DNA of 64,000 bases from Takakia lepidozioides (Eukaryota > Plantae > Bryophyta). The stretch covers positions 77,748,001 through 77,812,000 of the forward strand of contig CM060731.1 of the NCBI GenBank assembly GCA_030704615.1, written 5' to 3'. The notes beneath the pieces are model-generated. The model saw nothing but the letters and a program-made list of their open reading frames with translations, did not search any database and was not told where the DNA came from. This document shows, piece after piece, positions 35,367 to 46,593 of this stretch. The position numbers and the translations under genes are program-made. Position 1 is the stretch's first letter, and each line of letters starts with the position of its first letter.

Positions 35367-38300
35367 CACTAGAAGAAAAACGCGGAATAACCACTCTGTT
35401 AACCACTCATTTTGAGTGGTAAAAGACACTAAACCACTCTGGCCCCAGAGTGATGAAGAACCAGTGCATTAGGACAAGTGAGTGGTAAAAGACATTACGT
35501 GGCACCGGTGGTTAAGGACAGTGGTTCGAACCACTCACGTCCGGGTCCACATGTTAGCTGACGTGTCACATTGGTAAATTAACCACTGTGACATGTCAAT
35601 GACGTGTCACTGAGGTAAACCAACCACTTATGACGTGTCACAGTGGTAAACTGACGTGTCATAGTGGTAAAGTAACCACTTCCGTTTTGTAGTGGAGACG
35701 TGTAAGCCGGTGGTCCGTGGATGATATTGGAGATTATGTTGACACGTGGCGACACTCTCAGCATGGACACATGTCGTGTGTCAGTGCTACAAAATGGATG
35801 GAGTGAAAAATGCAAAGACTTCCGAAACCACTTGTTGAGTGACCACAAAATGACTCAGTCATTCTATGAAAACTGAGAATATACAATATCACTCACAGAG
35901 TGGTTATGTGAGTGGATGACGTCTCTCAGCATTGGAATGATTACCCACAGAGTGGTGTGTAAGCTATTTGAGTCATTCATGGTGTCTCTCTGAGTGGGAA
36001 CTATGGATTGGAGTCATTACTAACAGAGTGGTGTGTAAGTGATTAGGAATACCACTGGAGGTGGTCTTTCTACGGTACTTATTACACCTCGTTGCCACCA
36101 TGTCTACCACATGTATGTCAAAGGGAATGCCACGTAATAGAGTCCATCAGAATTATTAAATAAATAATAGATATTAAGGGCTCTTTTTACGGCTTCTCTC
36201 ACACAGATTTAACACCAAGTTCAAATCGTGGTGTGAACGCAATGACACTAGTGTGAATACTGTCACATCCACTGTTCTGTTCCTATTGGACGAAAAGTAA
36301 ACAATTATTATTTATTGACAAATGCTAAAATGAATAGTCATATTATTATTGTTGTTGTTGTTGTTGTTGTATAGCACCCCGAAAGCCATTGGCTGCTTGA
36401 TTTAATATTTAATATATTATTATTTTAGAATTTTTATTTGTTTTGTTTTATTTAAATAAAAACTTATTTAAAACAGGGGATAATATTTGTATTATTAACC
36501 ACATTGACCAGTAGTAATGTTATTAATATTAAACATAGCAAACAACCAGCAAAATACCACATTTATGTCTACACAAGGAAAATTTGGCTTGATGTGGGAA
36601 AATGAAGTTGCCCTTGAACAAGGGGATCTTGTGATCATACATGAGAATAGCAAGACCATCAATTCAAAAAATACGGTTCACATGAGAAGAGCTGTTTTGT
36701 TCACCTGGCTCGGCAACCCTAAATCCATAAAGAAAACTAAACTAAACTAAACTTGTAGCACCTTCAATATCACGCGTGTTTAAGAAACTTTTCAGACCAT
36801 AAGGTGGAACTTCCCTGCATGTCACCCAATGTGGCATGATTAGGGGTAACAGAGTAGTCCAGGTACGGCAACACAACCTCTGAAATCATGACCAATTTCA
36901 CATGGATACGGTAATAGTTGTCTGGCACATTTGCTTTCGGAAAGCCAGCAATATATCCCACACCTGCCCTTCTTTTTGGTGCACAAGGATCAAACAATAA
37001 CACCTTGTCGCCGATCTGAAACTGCAACAAAAACCAGATTCCCATATCAATCAAACCCTGGAGAACAGAGACTGATAGCTTGGCACTCCTGCAAAATGGC
37101 ATTGAAGTTCTTCCAGCAAACACCCCAACCCTACCTATTGCAGTACTTCCAATTCTGAATTGCATTTGCTTGTCTCTATACTCCATGCTGACATGATCAA
37201 AGCTGGAACGGTGCCATACCTAGTTGATAGCAGGTTATGCATGGTCAGCATGGATGTGGTAGGACGATGTCACAAAACTACCCTTGTAGGTTGTTGGGCC
37301 TGCAGCTATGTGGCGATACATAGGGGGTGTATTGATCCAGCATCAGACAAGGAAAAAAAATTGCACAAGGGAAGTACTTACACTGTGCGGATTTTGTTGG
37401 TCACCCTGTGGGTCAGTCAGATCCACTGTGGTTGTAGTCTGATTGATAGCACATATTGTACTCTCCCTGCCCATTGAACGCTTCACTGGTTTCACCATCT
37501 GTATATTGAATGACACAATGATCAAAAAATTAGAATAGCACGAATGACACACAATGTGAAGTAGCATTAACAATAAAAATCCACCCACGCGCCCAAGCAT
37601 TGAAACTTTTGCTCTCACCTTTCGTTGATTATGCTTTGTTGTTGCATCGGGAGGCAAAGTCGTTGGAACTCTGGCAGTAGGAAGCCCTGGTTCGGATGCC
37701 TTTGCAGATTGTTGTGATCCACCACTACCCATGGCTGCGCTCTTGAACAAGTAGTTGGGCTGCCCATATCTGTATGGGTGCCCTGACACATACTCAGGGA
37801 TGTGTGCAGCCTTGGATACACCCTCTAACCAAGGCAGTAATTCTTTCATAAGCCTCTTGCAGTTTGGCTGATCCCTCGACTTCCATGGATACGGGAAGAT
37901 GCAATTATTTGCAGGGTTGGGTAAGCAAGTGAATGGGGAATCGTCCACCAACAAAGTATTGGTTGGATTGTAATGGCTGTAGTCCTTCCAGAACTTACAT
38001 AAGTTCTTGTACATGATAGTTTTAGAAGGATTGACAGGGTCCACCATTCCCACAGGCTGGTCACAATAGTCTTGGTGAAGCACCACCTTTGGCTGTTTCC
38101 CACGAAACAAAGCTTTCACAACTGGAAGGACATTACTCAATGACATAGAAGACCATACACCTACATAAAAAATCTGAAGGCATCGGTCCAGAAACTCCTG
38201 ACACCCAGGTCTGGAGGTGACAATGGGCTCTAGGTATTCCCTTGTTCGTAGTCTGGTCTCACATAACAATCCATTCAAGTCAAGTATAAGGATGTGTTTC

Positions 38301-40001
38301 TGCCTCTCAGATGCCGAAGGGCAATTACCTACAACTTGTACATGATTATCATGTACAAGAGACACACCTTTCTGTGGGGCACTCTGCAAATTCATGGAGA
38401 CCTCACAGACTTATTGAGAGGGTAGTACATATGCCAGCAGTGCTACTGGTGCAGGGGACAACAAAATTGATGAACACTTTGCAGTTGCCTCAACAATATG
38501 GGGGGATGGATTGAGTTCACCTTCAGACCAACCCTCCATGTCATCATCCCCCTCCATCTCTGAAAGCCCAAACAATGAGCCTATTGTGTTTGGCTTTGGT
38601 GGCGGTGAAGAAACTGCCTTGAACAGGTTGAGTGGTGAGCCCATAACATGAGAAATAGTCTCTTTTGTTGTCTGTGGCGCAAAGGTGGTGCATGGTGGAC
38701 CTGTAGGCTGTGAATCTGGCACATTCATGCCAAGTTTAGCTGCGAGCGCAATGTTGAATGCAGCTGCTGCCTCCAGTTGGACTTGGACTGCTTCCAAAGC
38801 TGCCTTGGAGCTGGCTTCCATTTGCACTTGCTTGTTTTCCATAGCATCGAGGCGAGCTGCTAGTGAACCAATTCCCTGCCCCAACACATAGAACACCTCC
38901 AAAGTAACAATTCACTACACTGAACTGATGACCTAGTAAGAAAAGAGAACCAAACGGCAACTAGCAATGGCATGGAAATCATGAATATGTAATTCACACC
39001 AGATTGGGACTGAGTTTATATACCGATGTGGCTGCACTGCCTGTACACCCCGACCCATAGCCTTTGTCACTCCTGGCGCTACCGACGATCTCCTGCAAAC
39101 TTGGTGTACGTCCAGTCTCCTTCTCCTGTGATTGCAACAAACTTGCAAGTGTAAATGACTAGCATAGCACACTGCCAACAGTAAAGAATTATCTAGGATA
39201 ACATCAACGACTCCCCCTCAATAAGAGTGCTTAGTTTCTTGCTGGCACCCAACTCTAAGAAGGCCCCCCCCCGCGCCTTGACACCATTTGCCTGGAATTT
39301 CTTGAAATCTGTGGAACCCCAACTAACAATAGTTGTGCCCATGTCTTGTCTGGCACATGATGGGGTTTGGGCAGCCCCACACTATAGTAATTTTTGAACA
39401 GCTTATTTCATTGGTACTTGAGTTGCCCGCAAATTGTTTTTGTAATAGCCTTTATGTTAAGACCAGGAGGTCCATATTCCCAATCTGAAGCCAATATCTC
39501 CATGATCTTTTCAATTAAGTGTAATGGTTGATCCTGAGCATACAATGACCAGTCCAACAAACGTTGACACTGCCCTCGCAGAGCTGTCATCCACTGGTTT
39601 CGAGCAGGACCTTCAGGGTTTCCAAGTTCATCACAAGAAATGAAAAATTTCCTCCTCCCTACAGCCACATTTTGAGCAGCCTGGTCTCTCAGATCTTTTG
39701 CAAGTGCCCTTCTTTCCCTCCTTAAAGCATTTTTGCCTTCTACAGGAGTCACACCTGATGTCCCCCCAAGAGTAAGGCTGGAATCCTGCAAGGTTTCAGC
39801 AGTACCTTGCATGTTACCACCTTCACTCTGTTGTGGCTGGACTGATGTCTCCCACCCCACAGGATGATGCGGAGAAGATGCATCCTCGGTCTGTTTCAGA
39901 ATGTCTTTCCCTTTCAGGGTATTGGGTGTACCTGGAGATGTTGGATAAAGAGGTGGCCACGGTGCAGTGAAGCTCGAAGGTGCCGGCTGTTGTACTCCAC
40001 T
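35367..40001 (-). mobile_element. CACTA/En-Spm element: terminus at 35367, subterminal repeats, and a spliced TnpA-like gene on the - strand; interrupted at 40002
   Basis: CACTAGAAGAAAAA at 35367. Arrays of AACCACT/AGTGGT and GACGTGTCA. Ptta/TnpA-like ISCDELGNPEG (39408-40001). TnpA C-terminal-like IGDKVLL..GVGYI..YRIHV..LPY..TLGD..STLW (36770-37015). Confidence 0.8.
37620..38395 (-). CDS. FCP1/NIF-family HAD phosphatase-like domain exon inside the CACTA element
   Basis: ILILDLNGLL, RPGCQEFLDRCLQIFYVGVWSSM, LHQDYC, KNLCKFW, NTLLVDDSPF..PNPANNCIFP. Open frame; GT donor at ~37618. Confidence 0.85.
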
Positions 40002-40560
40002 CACTACAAGAGATGAGCGTTTTTAGGACTACGGTTTTGGCGGAGTCATAAAAACTGCACTAGGTAGATGACTACAGAGCGCTGAAATGCATTGCAGTCA
40101 TAGTTTTATCACTACATGACGCCGGATTTCACTACATGACCCCGGAAAATTAGGAAGCTTTGGTCAAACATTGTTAACCACAATGACAGGGATAGTTTAT
40201 ATGACTAGTGTGATATGTTTGACTACACGTGGATGACGTTTCATGGAATGTTATGACTCCATGACTGGAGATGGTTTCACAGCTCTAATTATACGACTAC
40301 ATCGCTACACGTATCATTTCGAAGGCAAATACACGAATGTATTCATCCATTGGACGAGTTCATCCACAGCATGACATGGCATGTAAACTTATGACTGTCT
40401 GACTGCAGATTGATTCATGACTCCATATATATGACTACATCACTACAAGTGGCATTTTAAAGGCATTTATATGACTTTATTAGTACACGTGTCATTTTGA
40501 AGACATGTACAATGGATCCATCCATTGGATGAGCTCATCCATCCATGTTTGCCGAAATCC
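40002..40560. mobile_element. Terminus and subterminal repeats of a second CACTA family
   Basis: CACTACAAGA at 40002, exactly where the TnpA-like ORF is cut; repeated (AT)GACTAC motifs to ~40490. Confidence 0.75.
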
Positions 40561-41477
40561 TATCAGCTTAGTACATGTGTTAGTTTCCTATTGGTTTGAT
40601 ATAGCTCAAGCATTTTGTAGTTACCGTAGAGCACTAAGTCGCATTCTTCATTGAGTCTGTAAAGTGAGAGTCTGTAGAGGATGCCATTTGGAATTTGGAG
40701 TTTGCAGAGAGGGAATGTACGACAGTATGGCTGAATGACAGGTCGTGCCTTCAAATGCGATGATTGCAGGATAGCATGGTAATCATATCATAGGCGAGAA
40801 CTGCATCTACTTGAAGAAATTTGGAACGTTACCTTCATGGACATGTATGGAAGCATCGACGATGCGAATTCGAAGGGAGAGTTCGATAGGATTTACAAAG
40901 GTTATCTGGTGTCAGATTGGTAAGTTATAATCGAAACATTTAAATATCTACTGCCAAGTCTACATCTCTTCCATTAGCAGTTATAACCAATCACCATCAT
41001 GAAGCTACAGGCCCGATGCGAAATCCCAATCGGAACCTGCATCTTCCTCCCCCTTTTAGTCCTTATTTTGTTGTCAAACCCTTCATTCTATGTGGAAGGT
41101 TCCAAAGGGAACTTCACATTTCCCCTCATGATCTTGATTTTGGGAATTCTTTTCGAATGCAATGCTGTTAGGATATGGGTAGCATTGTCGTCATCACAGG
41201 TTGGCCGGTCAAATAATGGAAGATATTACAAAGGAAATGTTGAAGCTGGCCGCCAGTATATGTGTTCTCTCTGCGAATTGCCAAACTGGCTTCACCAAGA
41301 ATGTGCAGGGTCGCAATGTCCTCACTAACTTTTAGGTTACTCTCATTTTAAGTGGGTGCAGTGCTGCTTCTAGTATGGGGCTCTTATCACTCAGTACATC
41401 ATAGCGAAATTGAAGTGCTTATTCTCAGGTAAATCTGTGTTTTTTGGCACTCTAAAGTGAGCTTTTTTTGTTGTCAG

Positions 41478-42445
41478 GGTTAAAGGCCGTGTTGTAAATT
41501 GACTTGGGATTTGGTCCAGGGAATAAATTTTACCACAGACAAGTTGATGGAGGCTGGTGCGGAAATGGTAGAGTCTGATAGAGTCACATGTGGATGTGAA
41601 AACAACAGACAATTACATGTTGCGGATTTTCTGCATTGGCTTCACAAAGAAGCGACCCAACCACATTAAGCGCACTTGCTACGCACAATTTCAAAAATGT
41701 TAGACAATTTCTAGGGCTCTTCGACAAAATGATGCAATTCTTAGAAGTTGAATGGCAGTCTTTGAAAGAAATAGAACCTCAAGTACACCAGCCAATAGTT
41801 TTTGGGGATAATGAAGGCATTTCAGGTCTCTGATGTCCATTTCTGAGGTTCATGTGTGAGTGGGAAAGAGAGATAGAGATAGAGACAGAGACAGAAATTT
41901 CCATAGAACATGACGGTTGCAATGGTGGTTGCTTGTCAGGAACCTGCAAAACATTGTATGCAGCCAGTATTTCCATGCAGGTCCTTCACCAGTTTCGCGA
42001 TATGCAGCCTGATGTAAGTAGTGTTACCATGTCTCGACTTGCTTTGGTGGAAGATGAGGGAGATCATCGTGCATGAAGCTCAAACTTGTGATTTGAAGGT
42101 TCTTGTAGCCAAGTTCATTCTAGAGGTGATTGGAAAAGACATTGAGAAGATATCAGCCAGTATGTATCCTATACAGAACACCTTCATCCACAAAGTAAAT
42201 ATTATGAAAGCTCCCAGAGTTGATGTGGGCAAGCTTATGGAGGTAGAACTCGCTTCCCTCCTCTAATTTAAGTGTTGGATAAGTTTCAGTTTAGTGTCGA
42301 CGTTCAGTGCATACATTGGCTATTTTCTTGGCTGGTATCTTGTTGCTTGGCTGCTTTCATGGGGATCACATACAGTGAGGAGGTGGGAGCAAAGATAGAG
42401 CGACATGTTGGTGAGTTGGAAGAGCTTGAAGGGGAGCATGTTGAG
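41478..42445 (+). pseudogene. RPS3A: 40S ribosomal protein eS1/S3a pseudogene fragment, intron-containing
   Basis: [50 protein letters not shown], ~340-bp unrelated insert, [47 protein letters not shown]|GT, final exon YSEEVGAKIER. Confidence 0.9.
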
Positions 42446-42488
42446 GTACCAGGGGTTAAATTTCCCGTGTGTAGTGGAAGGGGAGGAG

Positions 42489-43442
42489 TGTTAGAGGACT
42501 GTCTGGGACTTAGACACTTATACGGGATCTATGGGGTACCCTTAATTTTTGCACAGACTGAGACCAACAGGAGCCTTAGGGGTGACAGCAGCACACTTTA
42601 GAGGGGGGTTACACAGCCGTCACAGCTTCGCACAGCCCGACACAGCCCGACACAGCAACACAGCCAGTCACAACCCGACACAACCCGATACAGCCACACA
42701 GCCAGTCACAGCCCAACACAGTCGCACAGCCAGTCACAGTCCGTCACAGTTTCACACAGCCAGTCACAGCTTGACACAGCTGTCACGACCATAGAGAACG
42801 GATAGCAGGACAGGGAACGACTGAGGGGAACAACATCTACGAATGGAACATGTAGTTCAAGGGTGACGGTTAGTGAGGGAAACGATTAGAACAACGGGTA
42901 GGAAAATAAAGCGAGGAGCGAGGACAGGAGGGGGATGACTTCTTGACATGACTAGGCCAGGGGACTTTGGAGAGCACGGGGGGGGGAAATGAGGCAGGGA
43001 GTGTATCTCTGAGCAGAAAGAGGGAGAGCACGGAGTAGGAGAAGTGACGATCTGTTGTTACTTGATGAATGCAAGCTATAGAATTGTAATGTAGAGTAGA
43101 TTAGAGACACCATGGCTTCAGCCTGATACTTGATAGATATTAATCTGATACACACTTCATACTCACACTGTGTAGAGAGATCTGAGTGAAGCTGTGGAAT
43201 GAATGGATGAGTTGATGGAATCCGATAGATTGATGAAGCAAACTGATACTTAATTATCAATAGTAAGGTAGCTAACATGAATGCGGAAAGGAAAACAAAT
43301 AGGAAACACCCCCATGATACACTAGCTGTAGGTCATGACTGATTGTTCTGAGCGGACTGAGTACTTAGAGATTTCCAACTCTTCTATCTTGGAGTTTCCG
43401 CCTCGGATAGCGAAGGGATGGGTGAGTAAAAGCCGCGCGACA
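42489..43442 (+). repeat. 5' LTR containing an ACACAGCC-type minisatellite
   Basis: Repeat of 54613-55679; followed by the PBS. Confidence 0.95.
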
Positions 43443-43469
43443 TTTGGCGACCATACTGGGGAACTGAGT

Positions 43470-44030
43470 CATGAACAACCAGATGTGACAGGCATCTGGT
43501 GGGATCATGGTGGTTGGACCATTAAAGAATTTGAAGTGAATCAAATTCCCTGTGGAACGAAGGAAGAAAGATTGTCCAAACAATTCTTTCAAAGGTTCTT
43601 GGAATTGCCAGACGGTTGTAAAGAAAATATTCTTAAGCGAGTGCATGATGCTGATCCGGAATGGGGTCTGGAGAAAGGAGTGATAAAGATTTATCAGGTA
43701 GCCTGTAGAGGAAGAGCACGGTGGTTACCAACATTGGTTTATGTGATAGCCTTACTATCCATTAAGCGAGTAGAGTTTGAAGGCTGGGAGGAAAGAAAAG
43801 TGAATGTTTATACTCATATGCATGAAGAGCTTGTACTGGTAAAGAATTGGATTCCAAAGGACATTTTGTGGATCAAACTCACACCAAGAACAGCTTTCCA
43901 GACTTGTTTGCCATATGGTTATATGGTAACGGAGACTTCAAGTATAGCCAAGGGTGCATTGAAGCTTGAAAGAAACCCAGGCATATACGAGAGATATTAC
44001 AGAAGAGAGTTTTGGTTATTGCCACATTAA
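43470..44030 (+). CDS. Extra ORF between PBS and gag, function unknown
   Basis: Open frame of ~185 codons after the PBS (GIWWDHGGW..RARWLPTLVY..REFWLLPH); true start uncertain. Confidence 0.5.
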   Translation, partial: HEQPDVTGIWWDHGGWTIKEFEVNQIPCGTKEERLSKQFFQRFLELPDGCKENILKRVHDADPEWGLEKGVIKIYQVACRGRARWLPTLVYVIALLSIKRVEFEGWEERKVNVYTHMHEELVLVKNWIPKDILWIKLTPRTAFQTCLPYGYMVTETSSIAKGALKLERNPGIYERYYRREFWLLPH

Positions 44031-44223
44031 AAAGAAATGAAATACATGGGACCTGAGTGATGAAAGAGAAGCTAGACGCCAGAGATATTCAGCAAAAAGA
44101 GAAAGCTATCTGAAAGCTAATTATCCATATCTTTGGGAGAGAGGAATAGACATAGGGGAATCATCTGGACCTCTCACACCATTAAGATCAAAGAGTACAT
44201 CACCCATACCGGAAGAACTAGAG

Positions 44224-46593
44224 TTGGATGCCACTCCTTCTGTTTCTTTGCAAGAAAGATTAAGGGAATTGGTACGGGAAGAAGATCAATCACGAGGTGA
44301 AAAATCTGAGGTACATCCCTGGATAAAAGATTTGACAGAAATCTTTGATAAGAGTTGGCATGGAACACCAAAAGCAGGAACTCCAGTTTCTGAAGCGGAA
44401 GGTGAAGAAGGAGGAGAGGATGTGGCAGAGCCAACGGAGAGTTCAGACTCTCCAACACCATTGCAGTTGAGTTACATGAGTGAAGAAGAAACCCAAGGAC
44501 AGAACTTGGAGGATGAAAACAGGGAGAAGAAATTGGAAGAGGAAGAGTATGAAGAAGTAGACCCAACAGCTGAGGTTGAGACTACAACCAGGACATCCCA
44601 ACCCGTTGGACCTGGATCAAGTGGAGCACTTGGATCACAGGCCAATGAAGGTGTCGGCTTAGGGGGATCAGGTGGGCGGCCTGGATCTGGCTCTGGGGGG
44701 ACAGGGAGTGTGGGAAGTAGTGCAATTGAAGCTGGGAATACTGTGAATATCGTGGGGCCAGTAGCAGGGAGTGCTCAAGGGCCACCACTTGGTGGAAGAT
44801 CCACCACAAAAAAAGGTCCAGAAGGACCAGCACCAGCAAGGGTGCCAGCACCTGTCAGTGGGCAGAAGGTAGGGCCACAGATGGCATTACAACCAACACG
44901 GGCAAAACCACCCTTTCCAATATATTCAGGAAAAGGGGATCCCGATGTACACATTAGCCAATTTGAGCACATGTGTATAGTGAACAATGAGAATGGCGAT
45001 GATGCCAAGATGAGATTGTTTCCTTGTTCACTTATCAAGAAAGCAAGTGAATGGTATGCAAGATTCCCTGATAATCATTTCCTAACCTGGAATGGCTTGA
45101 ATACAGCATTTCGAAATAGGTTCAGGACAAATAAAACTGAGGATGAAGTGTATGGAAGTTTACAACAGTTAAAGCAAAAGAAGCATGAAACTGTTGAGGA
45201 GTATATGGAAAAGATGGAATTGATGATGAAAAAGTTGGCTGCAGTACCAGCACCCGGTTTACAGAAGACTTGGTTTGTGAGTGGACTAAGACCAGAGTTG
45301 CAAAAGAAAGTGGATATGTTACCCCATAATACAGTGGAGAAGGCATTTGAAACTGCAAACAGAATTGAGCAATTGGGAATGCTCAGGAGAGAGAAAAGGG
45401 ATGATGAGGACTCTGAGGATGAGTCAGATGAAGAAGAAGAGCAAGAACTAAAAAGGAAGAGTAAGAGAAAGGAGAAGTTGAAGAGGGATAACTATGAAAA
45501 AAGATTGGAAGAAATCTTGAAGAAGTATGCCACAGAGGCTGCAACACATTGGAGGAAGGGTGTATGGTGTGCAAAGTGCCAGAATGAAGGCCATACCACC
45601 ACAGAATGCCACATGAATGAGAAACACTGTACTATCTGTAAAATGTATAACCATTTTACTGAGAATTGTTACTACAACAGAAGGACAGCTGCAAAAGAAC
45701 CTAGGCAAGTAAGGGTGCATCAGGTGCAGCCCCAGCCAAGAAGAAACAATGATTAGGACCACTATGGTAGGTCTGCTGGTTATAACAATGGCATGGAAGG
45801 GAGAGGTAATTCAAGAGGAAATTACCAAGGGAATTCCAGAGGCAACTATCAGGGTAATCCAAGGGGGAATTACCAGCCCGGGAATCAGGATTACAGAAAT
45901 AATCCAAGAACAGACCAAGGGCGAGGACCCAATGGTGAAGAACTATGTTACTATTGTAATCAGCCAGGACATCGCAGGGCAGCCTGTTCATTCTGGATAA
46001 GACACCAGAATGAGATGAGAGCTCCTGTGAATGAGGGCCCAATGGTGGCAGCTCACATGGTTAGGCCATGTGTTGTACCAGAAGTAAGTACAATGATAGT
46101 AACCAGAAGCAAAGCCAAACTAATACCTCCAGTAGCTGAGGAAGATGATGATAATGAAGATGGCAGTGATATGCCTGAAGATGAAGAGACTTGGAAAGAT
46201 GAGAAGGAACTGCACAAGGAAGTGACAGATACCATAAGGGAAATGCAGAAAAGTACTGATATTCCTGTGGCAGATTCCTCTGATTCTGATGAAGAAGAAG
46301 AAGTGAGTGAGGATGAAAGGAAGAAAGAAGATGCAGGCATGCAAAGTAATGAAGAGACTTTGGCTGAAGTAATATGCCAGACCAAAGCAGAGATTACCAT
46401 TGGACAGCTATTGGCTGTGGCACCTTATTGTAGGCACAGGCTGTATCAAGCAATCAATCGAATTGCCCAGGAGACAGGAAACACAGACCTGAACAGCAAG
46501 GTGACCAGTTATAATGTGAAGCCGGAAGGGCGAGAAACAGTCATGGACTTTGATGATTCTATGCCAGTAATCCAATTGAGAGCACAGAACTAA
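44224..46593 (+). pseudogene. gag with three CCHC knuckles; in-frame stop at 45754
   Basis: FPIYSGKGDPDVH, KMRLFPCSL..ASEWY, LKQKKHETVEEY, WFVSGL. Knuckles CAKCQNEGHTTTEC, CTICKMYNHFTENC, CYYCNQPGHRRAAC. GNYQGN repeats. Confidence 0.9.

Noticed and set aside
40740-41330. Cys/His motifs (FKCDDC; YMCSLCELPNWLHQEC) suggesting a DC1 or PHD gene
   Set aside because: Too fragmentary; no coherent frame or exon chain could be built.
42549-43278. ORFs inside the LTRs (HSPTQ-repeat ORFs and MLATLLL ORFs, also at 54673-55515 and 56499-57210)
   Set aside because: Translations of minisatellite and LTR sequence; repeat number and frame vary among LTR copies.
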